From Chrysomallon squamiferum (lineage: Eukaryota; Animalia; Mollusca), in the NCBI GenBank assembly GCA_012295275.1, contig CM022679.1:17732001-17796000 (forward strand): 64,000 nt of DNA, read 5' to 3'. Below, piece by piece: positions 51,992 through 64,000 of this stretch (position 1 is its first letter; each line of letters begins with the position of its first letter). The notes below the pieces were generated by a model. That model saw only the letters and a program-made list of their open reading frames with translations. It searched no databases and was not told the origin of the DNA. The position numbers and the translations under genes are program-made.

Positions 51992-53259
51992 TTTAATCTA
52001 TCTGAAATTTCCTCTTTTTCTTTCTTTTGACTAATTTGCTTTTTATTTCAGATGAATTAGTGAACGCTAGAAACATGAAGAGTTACAACTAAACGTATTT
52101 TAAAATTTATCTCAGTATTTCAGTTGATTTAACACATTACTAAAATATTTTATTACAAATGATAATTGTTTGTCAGTTATAAATATTAAAATTTAAGTAG
52201 GTTTTTGTGAAACTGATATTAACGTATAAATTTAAAATTAATTTAATCTATTGTCGTACCATGTACATTCTGTATATCTAAATGCACGTATCTATTGTTA
52301 CAACATGTGGAAAAAATAAATTAAATAACAACAATAAACAAGGACGCAATATACTTTTCTATAAATAAGTAAAAATAATTTTAATGATGGCGACGATGAA
52401 ATCTTGAGAAATAAAAAGTAAATAAACTAATGATGATGACGACAATAAGAAATAAACAAAATATAAATCTATTAATAACTAAACCAAACCTAACGTTTCT
52501 TTTAATATACATGTAATATAACTAATATAATTTCATTGCGCTATGCTTAACTACAACTGATTACACAATTACCATGACTTATTTCCTTTCTTGTTACTTA
52601 TTTTATGATGACTCAAATCATGATCATTTTGAAATGTTTTAAAATGCCCAGGAATAAAGTTCATATTCTGAATTAGATTATAAAAAAGAAAGCCTTTTTA
52701 TTAGAAAAAGAATTACGATGATAAAATTAATGACTTTAGGTTAAGCGCCGTCATCGCCTCTGCTTCGCAATTTCCGTGACCTACTCACCAAACGAACTAC
52801 TGTTACTTCTTTGACCCCGTCACGTCACAAACATGGCGAATAATTCACATTTCTAATCTGTTTTGGAATAGCGTTTATTCAACTGAATTTAATTGTCCCC
52901 AGGTTGGAATCAAATAGAGGAGAAAGAGATTGACATGCTTGGCATTGCCATAGTGTACAAATTAACTGGAAGGAAAAAAAAAAAAAAAAATAATAATAAT
53001 AATAATAAAGTTAGAATCTTCGGCAAAAACATTAGCTGCAAATCAAAAAGATCTTCTGAAACTGAACAAATTTGAATCTAACTGTCCATTCAGCTGTGTT
53101 GTTATTTCCTAACCAAAAAAAAAAAGTGTCCTTAATGTCACTGTTTTCTTCTTTCTACGGACACTTGGCTCTGTGGCTGCCGTTTCCCATGGAACTTCAC
53201 CAGCTCTGACCACATTATTTTCTGTTCAGTAATTATACATATTTTGTAATAACACACAC

Positions 53260-53295
<36 letters not shown>

Positions 53296-55249
53296 TGTCC
53301 TTCATTTGTTCTTCTGTTATATACTTGTTCTGTTAGTTATTCACTCTGTATTAACCATCACTATTTTTGTTTGTACTTGCTCACTCTTCTCAATTTATTC
53401 CAGTCTTTTTCTCGTCAACATGCATGAATGAACGCCTGCGTACTTTATCAGTTGTGCATAAATTATAAATTACAAGCTGCATTCAAATACGCACACAAAC
53501 ACACAGACGCGCTACACAAAATAAGATTTGTTTAGTTTCCTGATTATCCTTAAGTTTTACTTTATTGAAATGATTAAAACAAACAAATGATAATTAAAAC
53601 AAAATAATCAATTAAATAAACAGCTAGCCTAAAAAAAAAAAAAAAAAAAAAACGGTAAAAAAATATAAGCAGGTAAAAACACATAGATAGAGACAAAAAC
53701 AGAGAGACAGAGACAGATAAATAGATAGAAGGACAGACAGCTAGATGTATAAATAATTAAATGTTTTTTCTGTACTGATGCAAGGAACCTAGTTCACAAG
53801 CAGTGTTTGTGTGAGTAATTACATGTGTTACCAGTATATCAAGCATGTGTGTGTCGATTAACACTTGCACTTTCTCACAAACTGCTGGCAAGGTCTGAAC
53901 ACGTACATTTCAAAGAAATACCATCAACAAAAGAAAGTTAAATAATCATTGACTTGTTGTTATTCTGGCTCGATGTACTTTGCAAAAGAATGATATTTCT
54001 TAACAAAATTCTTCTCATTGATTATTTATTTCCGCTAAAAAGAATAATGTATATCTGAATGGGAGAAAAGATTTAATAATAGTCGTGTCATTATTAATAT
54101 TTCGTTTTTGTTGTTGTCGAATGTTTTAACGCTGAGTTATATTTATATTTGAGAATTACTATTCTTAAAAAATGTTAATTAACACAGCCCCTTTATTAAC
54201 TGGTTGAATGATGGCTGGAAATGGAAAGTGGCCTAATGGAGATTATAGTTTTTAATGTATATACAGGAGTGTTACAGTGTGTATATGGTTTTTTTGGCCA
54301 CAGAAAAGAATATAATAATAAAAGAACCATGCATTTGCAAATTATTATAGTCCGCTTATGAGAACTGATCATACGACTTGACGAACGTAAATCGTGTTGA
54401 AGACTATCCTCGAAACAATCAAACATTAAAACGTAAGGTAGAATGCTCTTTCATTTTAAGGTTCATAAACGTGAATTATAATATTGTTTTTACATTACCT
54501 TTGTGTAACATTCAATATAGTGAATTTAGTGTCTTGTTATAAAACTGTTTACCACTTACAAATTAAAACATTTATCGACCGTGTTTAAACTAGTCAAGGC
54601 CACGATCAACGCTGAACAATTATATTACACATTTGAAAGTGAATACAAAAAGAAATATTGCAATTAAGCTAAAAACGTTGCTATATAAAACCGATAATTT
54701 CATTGCTTGCTAGTTAGTATCTGCTTGCTAGTTAGTATCAGCGATCTATAAATAGTCGCATTAACAGCATTATACTGAATTTATATATATATATAAACAG
54801 TTACCGCGTCATTCTGTAAATATTACACATGCAGAACATACACGCACACACTCAACATAAATATATGTAATAAGTATTTTTTTGTTAAATACATAAACCT
54901 TATTTTGTCACTTGACAGTTGCCGTACAACTGATACTTTATTTGCCCATTATTTTCGAATATATCTTTATAATTATGATTGCTTAATGATATAACTGCTT
55001 TATAGCTAGGCAGACTATATTTTTGAGTTCAACTTGTAGTGGTTGCGGCGTCATAGAAAATACGATATGTCTGCTTAAGCCTTTTTGCGTGTCACACCGC
55101 TAAATGACATAGCCTGAGCACAGGGAATACTGTAAGCATATTGAATGAGATAGCTGTTACTACCAGTTCAGCCTTTAACTCAGGCTAGTTTTACTACGTT
55201 TGTTGTTCAATAGTGAACCAAATGTCGTTGGACCAACAGTTCCATTTAC

Positions 55250-55481
55250 TGTTCGGATCTGCTATGACGTCAGAGCGACACCATCTTACGATTGGCCTAT
55301 TGGCAGCTATCGATCAGTTATTAAAATAAGGCGAGATTGTGTGGTATTATACATATTTACAAGAACAGAGTGTGAGTGACGCTGTAGTCCGCTAGTCTCA
55401 TCGGCAAATTCTTTCACAAGGACACTACCAAACGCCATATCAGACAGTGGAACTACTCTGACCATATTCAGCACGGTAAGA
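55250..55481 (+). promoter_or_regulatory. Candidate promoter and non-coding first exon
   Basis: Perfect CRE TGACGTCA at 55265-55272, ATTGG at 55291 and 55299, TCAGTT/AT-rich box at 55314-55328, ACG|gtaaga donor at 55476; no ATG in the presumed exon. Confidence 0.5.
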
Positions 55482-57002
55482 TATCTTTCATATTACAATT
55501 ATTTTCCAAACCTTTTCAACTGACCAAAATGTTCTTTAAAATGTTCTGTGAACAACATCATTTATGGATGACATTATTTTAATTTTGAAAGACAGCTTAC
55601 ACAAGTAAGTAACAGCATGTCACAAATACATTTGAAAATGATACGCTTGACAAGGAAATGAATTGTTTTAGAGTGATGAAATCATTAACTTCATAAACAG
55701 CATGAAAACGTAACACAATACCGTGAATTTTAAAAAGAAAGAAAGATAACAAAGGTTGATTTAAGAACCAATTTCTTTTCTTGTTGTTTTCTTCTTCTTC
55801 TTCTCATTCTTCTTCTTCTTCTGTTTCTTCTTCTTTTTCTTCTTCTTCTTCTTAATATTATTATATTGTTGTTACTGTTGTTACCCCAGATTTATTTTCA
55901 TGTAATGAAAGTAAAGTGTATCAGTTATAAGAAATTTCACTGATACTCACATTTTATAAGGACAGGATGGAGATATACAATTTACCATTGCTTCTTCACT
56001 GACTTCTAAGTTTGTAATAAGGGGTTCGTATCTCTACAGCGTTTGTTGTTGTTGTTGTTACCAGTATCTAGAAAATCAATTACACCCAAAATAAAACCAC
56101 AGTTTTCTAAAGACAAAAATAACTGAATAAATAAATAAATAATTACCCTTGTGAAATTCTATTTATTAATAATTATCATTCTGCCACAGCTAAAACAGCC
56201 ACCAGTTAACATTTTTTTCTCGTACAGTAGTAACTGACCTATCTGAAACAATGACCTCTCAAATATTTTCGTTTCATAATATTTGGTTCAGGAAGCAACC
56301 TTTAACGGATGCTTTGGAACAAACGTTCTGGAAATAAAAGGTAGAATACAAAAATATATAGCTACATGGAGTCTGTTTCAAGGGAGCGTATTTGATTGTA
56401 GTAATATCGATTTAGTTTCAGCAGGCGAATGTTTAATGTCAGCGGATAGATTGTCACTTTCGCATCGCAGCCTTGAAAACTGGTTCTAACTGATAAAACA
56501 AGCATACGATTCAGTTAATAAAATTCATCTTTTTCTGGGTAGGTGTGCATGTAATTGTTTTTAGACTTGTCTTTTATTTTTTAATTTGAAAAATGCTTAT
56601 TCCTCTTAATTTTTTAAATGTTATTTTATTAGATAATGATCTTAGCAGCACTTGCAGAGCAATGATAGTGGTAGTCATATCAGTAGTAGCAATAATAATG
56701 ATAAAAATAACAGTAATAGTAGTATAGAGCTAAATAATAGTAGTAATTGTGGTTACAGTATCAGTAATAGCATAAGCAGCAGTATCAACAGCTATAGTAA
56801 TAGAGTAATAGTAGTAGTAGTAATGACAGTAGAAGATTTTTGTTGAAATTTTAGTTGTAATTATAACTATTGAATTGGAACCTATTCATACAGATACATA
56901 AGATATGATCCCAAGTTAGACATCAGTACAACGTATTTAGTATTTTAAAAACCATTATCCTGATTGTCCGTTACGGCTCTTTAAACCACGAATCGATTTT
57001 TA

Positions 57003-57033
<31 letters not shown>

Positions 57034-58140
57034 ACTTCAGAGAGGACAAGTCTGCTGCAGATTTTAATTGTGGTATCGAAGCACAAATAATCGATGTCTT
57101 TATATCCTAATAGTATTTCCGTAACAGCAAGGGCAGAATGAATTTATACAACTCATGTAAAGTGTCTAGTAGTTGAACTGAAGGTCATTCTAAAGTGCCG
57201 TGCTGTTTCTATCAAACACAATTTTTATATATAAAAAAGGACACGGCGTTTTAAAGGTAGTTATTTTTATTCCCGTTGATGAAATGTCGGTTGTATTTAT
57301 AAAATAAGAACTTTTACTTTGAAATATCGATTTATTTTTAGTTGGGTTATCATAATAGGTGCAATTTATTTTAAGTGTTATTTCCTTAAATTTCAAAGTC
57401 AAATTTAAAATGATTTTATATATTAGGATTTACGAATATGAAGCAATGTAGATTTTACCATGCAATGGAATCAAATTTTGTTCATTTTTACGTATCTATA
57501 AAGACTACCTGACTAGCAGATATAATTCAATACCTGTTTATAGATATAATTCAATATTTCTATTTGTATCTCACTTTCTTTTTATAACCATTCTAAATAT
57601 ATGCTTAAAAAACAACAACAATAGTGTAACCATACTTTAAGTATTATATAATTAGTTTTATTGTTGATAATGTTAATAGTGAATGCTAATTAACATATTA
57701 ATATTGTACTATCTCTAATGAGAGGGATTTTGTTTTTATAGTGTCTGTTGCTTACGGTTAATATTGTTTATAGAACAGTTGCATAGTATAGTAACTTCTC
57801 ATCGGTGATTACACTGAGCCATTCCATTTATGTATATTCTTCTTTTCTTTTTTTTCTGCCTGATATATAAAACTTTATATTTTTGAAAACGTATCAGCTC
57901 GTAAGTTTAGATATCCCTGAGAAGGCTTTAATTAGATCTAACGTATGAGAGTTAATACATCATTCACTCATTCTACTCTTTTCGCTACATTCTTTTAGGC
58001 ATTAGTCAGCTTTATAAACCTCTGTAAAACTCATTAACGAGAAGCAAACATAAAAACATGTAAGTAGTGTGACATTCATTTCGTTATATTCATCGTTATC
58101 TGAGGTCTTCAAGTACCAAATAGTGACGTCTCAGCTTTGC

Positions 58141-58180
<40 letters not shown>

Positions 58181-61100
58181 ATTTTATGATATTCCGGTTA
58201 AATACTATCAACAGCTATCATAATAGTGCTCTATTTAAGATGGAAAAAACCCACAGAAACAAAGAATTCCTGTTTAATTTTGATGATTCACTGAATAAAA
58301 TGAAAGTATGAACAGGTACATAAATTTATCTAAGAATTTCGTTTTGTTAGAACCATGAAGTATGAAGTCATTACGTTCACCCTCGGGATGGCAGGCTCAA
58401 ATGCCAGGTCATGAAACATGTGTTTATCTGTTGTCGATCTGAACGGCTGTGCCGGGCAAGGTGTAAATCGTCGTGTGATTTCATTTCGCCAGCTTTCAGA
58501 TTACGACGATTAGTAAATCTGTGACATTACACCAACGCATCCACAATCCGCGTAGCCGGATTTCGTCGACAGGCCTGTCAAGTTGTCCGATTTAAATACT
58601 GTCCGTCACAGAGCTGGATAAAAGCTAGTCTGAGTGAGCAAATTGGAATATTTCGTATTCCAGCCAGTTATTATGTGGGATAATGAAAAACTATGTTTTT
58701 TTCTGATAAAAATAGGTACCTGTTTGCTGTTATTTGATAATAAAAAAAATCCCATGGAGTGGTGATATCATTTGGATATATCTCATATCATTGTAGTACC
58801 GATCAGATACCTAATAACAATTAATGTGAAAATGTGTTGAGATCTTTCTCAAATGTTAATCTCTCTAATCTTTTTTCTCACAGTAAACAACCAAAACATG
58901 CATATAAACAGAAAATCATGTTTAAGTTAGCATAAACATAGTTCGCAATGGTACTAATGACACAGTAAATGTTCTTGCTAACATGTAAACAAACAAAATT
59001 CTAGACCATTCTGATATTTTGAGTTAAGTGGTCAGCACTGAATAGTTAATTTTTTTTTTTTTTTATTTTATATCTCATAACATATGTAATTGATATTTAC
59101 AGAGGTGCTGGATGAGCAAAATTGCTTTAATCATTTATTATGATTCGAAATTATCCATTAATAAATCTGCCATGTTTAATCTAATTAGAATTAATGTCCA
59201 TAATGGCCAACATCGTTCTAAAATATTAATGTCATCTTTCTGTTAACAAAGTTTCTAATTACTGTTCAGATTTGGTATGTTTTCTTATTAAACTATACAC
59301 AATATAATAAAGTGCTGATAATTTCGGAAAATAGTTGGATATTACATTGTCTGATAACAAAAACTTCTTCCCTGAAAAGAAAATCTGTTAAGCTTTCTGA
59401 ACGAGCAAATTATAAGCATACTATTATGAATAAAGCTTGAAAGGTCCCGATTATGTCAAATTGATCTGCAGCTATCAAACACAGCGAGTATTTGAAACAA
59501 AGATATAAAAATATGTTGAAAAGCATAGTTAAAGAAACAAAAATGTTGATGTGACGAAACACAGAGGCAAGGAACTCAAATTGCATTCCTTTGGCATGTA
59601 TGCTAAAATAACTAAAACTGGTGAAAGAGCCACACAAAGGTAACCACAGGCCTTTAAAATTAATAAGAACCATAGACGTAGAGTCGCAAGAAGCAATAAA
59701 ATAATTTCTAGTTAATCCCGCTTCCATTTACTCTTTCCGAAATATCGTCTGTGTATAAATTTATTGTATGTTATAGATGCCATGCGGCTACAAACCCACT
59801 TAGAAAGTTGCATTCCTCGTTTTGTCCATTACCATAAGATGTTTCAATATAGCGGGCATGACAACCGAAAATTTAGCCAGATGAACTTTACTGCTCTTTA
59901 GTAAATCGACCTACCTAACGGGTGTAATGCCAACAGATTCATATCGAATTGAACGTCTAATCGCGATAGTTTATTCACTAAGTTCTTGTCAGACAGCACA
60001 GCCTTCATTATCACGAACAAAAATACGAGTTTTATTAGGCAGTCTCTTGTATCGTTGCCATTGATTGATTTTTGTGAAACAAGGACTCTGCCAAGATGAG
60101 AACATTAACAGCTCCTCGTCAATGAACGCGTAAGAGAAGGAAAGAGATTCAGTTACTGCATAGTTATGTTCCGTGCCTCTGCAGGCTCGCAGAAAATAAC
60201 GCAAATAGCCATGTTTCTGACGACCACATAAATGTTACAGCAATTACTAGCTGACCTTTAGACCAGACTTTAGTTTGAAAACAGTTGGAACTATTTGGTT
60301 CAACGACTTTAGAATGTTACATGCAAGATCACAATTATATCATAGCAGTTATAATTCAAATGATTTTATTATTTCAAGAACTCTTAAAAGAATTATGATT
60401 ATACTGTCCGTTGTTCTTTATATATAAAACTTTAATTCCAAATAGGATTCTACGTCATTTGCATTCCTTAGAAATAATTAAATATTTTCAGAGCAGATTC
60501 TAAATGGATATCATGAATCATCTTGATATTGTTTTTTAATTATGCGAATATTATTTCAGTACCTACGTTTTTTAATGTAACTTATGGAAATATTTGCACT
60601 TTTTGTATTCTCTCTTTCTTTAATAATTGTTCTTACTGAACCGTGAACTGTTCATTCATTTTTCATTTCATTAAATCTTTTACCATTTGTTCTTTTACCG
60701 AAAACTAACCGTAACACAATTAATCAAACAAATGAAGTCTTCATCAAAGACAAACGTCAGAGAAAAGCTTTTTATTATTAAATTTTTCTTTCTCCATTTA
60801 AAGGTATTTAATTCTTAATAATTCAACAGATTCATTTCCGTTGTAAAAAGAAAACTGAACAAACGTTTTCACTGTAATTTAATTATGTTTTAACCCATGG
60901 CTGTTAAATTTAGACAGAGAAAAGCTAATATGCAAAATGATTTTCTCTGATCATACTTTTAACACAAACGACCTTACCAGTTGGGTTCTTTTCTAATTGT
61001 AATAATTTACAATCGAACGGTTTGTTATTAAGACTGTATCGCTGAAAGCTGCTAGCAATTTATTTTCTTTTTATTGATAATACTGTGTCATAAGCGACGT

Positions 61101-63873
61101 TATTTGTATAAACAGAGTTACTGATTTTAGCTGCGACAATATACTATTAAGATAACTTTCGTTTCACACTCGATATTAGAAACATATGTGACCAGCTGAT
61201 GTTGTAGCTTATTATGTCTAGGACATGGTGGATACTGGAGCTTCAGGAGTTCTGCAATAAGGAATTTTTAAAAATGTGTTCCAAAGATAAAAAGAAAACT
61301 ATTCAGATAAAAGATTTGAAATATATTAATTTGCTGAATTCTGTAATAAATTTCGAAATTTAATTTTTGCCAGCTTTCTGTAACACGTCCCACCTGATTT
61401 TGTCTTTTTGAATTCACTAAAATGTTCTGTCTTAGCCACGGATATAAATATCAAGTTACTAATATCCCAAAAAGTTCTTAATTTATAGAAGGAGGAAGTA
61501 ACAGAAACAGGATTAGAGTGAGTTAGGGAGTTGGTGGTATTCTCTGACAATTACTTTTATATTTTTAATACAGCACGTACAAAAAAGGTCTAGATATTTG
61601 ACTAGAATATTAATTATAATAAAAATTCGTTTGTCGTTTTACTTACTTAATTCTTGTCTCTCATATCTTCTATTCTCTTCTATAATTCTATTGCTTATTT
61701 AGCTCACCAAAACTGTTTAAACGACAGCTTACTTGCATACACGCTGGCTAACGATACACGGTAGTTTACATAATTCACATCAGCTTAAAACTTAGAACTA
61801 AGAATTTGTAAATCTGTTTTAGATGAATAATGTTTTTGTTTTTAATAAAGTTTCAGAATTCATGAGAAATCTATCTAAAATAACAAGAGGTCATGCAACA
61901 TAAAGCACATAATAAAACTTGAAATACGATTATATTAAAGTAATCTATATTGTTTATTTATAATACAATAAAAACAAACTAGTCCTGTCATAAATGTTAC
62001 ATAGATATTTATATAGCATATATTGAGTGAAAAATAATAAACTGACGCTGTTTTTTGTATGCATTAATACAGCCGTTTCTAATATTGCATACAGAAATTT
62101 ATATCAAGAATTTGTTTCGACACTAGTTATATATGTCAAACTTTCTTCTCTGTCTGTCATCTAACTGTTTGCATTTTGTCATCTGTTCAGATCAGTTAGC
62201 TCAAGTTTGTTTAAATGTCATCAAAGATGTAACAAATCTGTGCAGATTAAAATGTACACAACACTTGTAACTGATACACATACTTGATTTTTTGAATCTG
62301 AGACAATTGTTGTTTTATAATATAGAGAATTCCCAAGAGATTCGTTTTGTTCAAGGATTCATAAAGTAATCCCAGTTTAATGTTCTAATGGTCTCTTGGA
62401 AACAGCACTTAAATATTTATTGTTATTATTTCAACAGTTCTTCAAATAATATTTATGTTTACTACCAAAACAGGTTGCAAAATAAGAATTCATATCAAAT
62501 ATGTTTAGTAATTCCATTCAGAAACATTATTGATAAAATACGATTTAATTATGTCAAAAGAAAGGATTTAACATTAATGTAATAACTTTGGGTACTCTTT
62601 TCGCAATTTCTAAAAAATTTTACTAACTTTTTCTTTTTAAACTTGTCTATTTACTGGCTTTGGGCAACGGCTTGACTAGTTCTGAAATCTTATTCAAGAA
62701 AAATAATATTAATAAAAAAATATGTACAAAAATAATGTCAAAAATAAACAAACAAGCATTTAAAACATTATGATGTGAATATGTTTCTTGATATTCTTGT
62801 TGACTTTTTTCTAGCAGGTCTGTTGATTTAGATGTAAAACTTTGAGATTAATTTTGAAGAACAAAATTAATCGTATAGACATGACGTTGTGATATGCAGC
62901 TGAATACGATATACATTGGTATTATTAAAGAACCTCTCTTGGAATAATTTTCATACGTTAAATTTATTCTGTCTTTCTTTCTCTCTCTCCATTCTGCATC
63001 TGTCTGTGTGTCTGTCTATTTATCTATTTGTCTGCCTGTCTCTCTATCTCTCTATTTATTTGGCTCAACGTCTTTGAAGATTCTTTAAGCTACAAATCAT
63101 AAATTCACTGCATAATTTAAATGTGTTTCATAACTTCACATTTATTGGTAATTTCATTCGATTTCAGAAGAAAAATAGACCTTAAATATTTTTATCATAT
63201 AAACAGTATTATTCTAATGTGTTCAGGTGATGTGATAAAACGACCTTGCAGAGCAATAGTTTCAACTGAACGAAGATGTCACTCACGGACTTGTCCTCAG
63301 TTGAAATTATATTTCCCTAGATAATTTGATACAGAGACTAAAAATAAAATTTAAGATACTTAAATATAATAAACTGCACATAATAAACTGATTCAGTGAC
63401 TTAATAAATACAACGAAATAAAATAACACAAAGATTTGCGTAAGTATAAACTAGTCTGTCTAAGATGATATTAATTCGTCATATTTACACAGAATGTTGG
63501 CCAGCCTTCATTTATAGTATATTCTTCACACTTTTGAATATTATTCAGTGTTTTAATATGGAATCATATTTGCCATTTCTTAATAATATTAAACACATAT
63601 TTGTTTAATAGTGCTAAACTGGCGTATCTTCCTCTTCATCTTCACCTTGCTATAGCTAAACCTTTTTAAAGACAAGCTTGTTCAGAATACATTTCATACT
63701 GTATGCCCAGTTTAATAAACTATATTGAAAATTATTACTGACATTTTCTTTCAATAAATATTATAAATGTGTAAAATTGAATTTCCTGTTACAGATTATT
63801 TCCAACCCGTATCGTTTCATACTGCTAATAAACAGTTACATACCACCCAGTTTTCTATAATGAGAAATACCCT

Positions 63874-63907
<34 letters not shown>

Positions 63908-64000
63908 ACAGACGGAGAAATATGCACTGCAATTCACTAACATACTTAGTTTTTATTACACCGTATTAAAAAGCAGCGATAAAATTTTTGCTGTTCTCAA

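Noticed and set aside
54704-54739. 18-bp tandem duplication tgcttgctagttagtatc x2
   Set aside because: Ordinary slippage duplication
59410-60204. 105-aa and 71-aa minus-strand ORFs in higher-complexity sequence
   Set aside because: No recognisable homology and no supporting splice structure

Overview
Very AT-rich, microsatellite-rich animal genomic DNA; an invertebrate, possibly a mollusc, is my inference from composition only. Positions 1-12.5 kb hold two head-to-head spliced genes, reconstructed exon by exon with consistent phases. PGAP1 (GPI inositol-deacylase, minus strand) has 17 coding exons and 449 codons visible and runs off the left edge. NUDCD3 (plus strand) is complete: 8 coding exons, 386 aa. 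Each gene needs a non-canonical GC donor, and both donors read AG|gctagtatt. CpG is strongly depleted up to about 19.45 kb, 7 kb past NUDCD3, where minus-strand exon-like segments suggest an unannotated spliced non-coding transcript. The remaining 44 kb retains CpG and has no recognisable protein-coding exon. It contains non-autonomous DNA transposons, long microsatellites, a ~230-bp-arm inverted repeat, a probable decayed integrase fragment with a 17-bp-bounded micro-inversion, two duplicated non-coding modules, and several promoter/first-exon-like modules that may belong to a gene beyond the right edge. Nearly all other ORFs in the supplied track are artefacts. I found no firmly supportable new biological system; the best leads are listed as findings.
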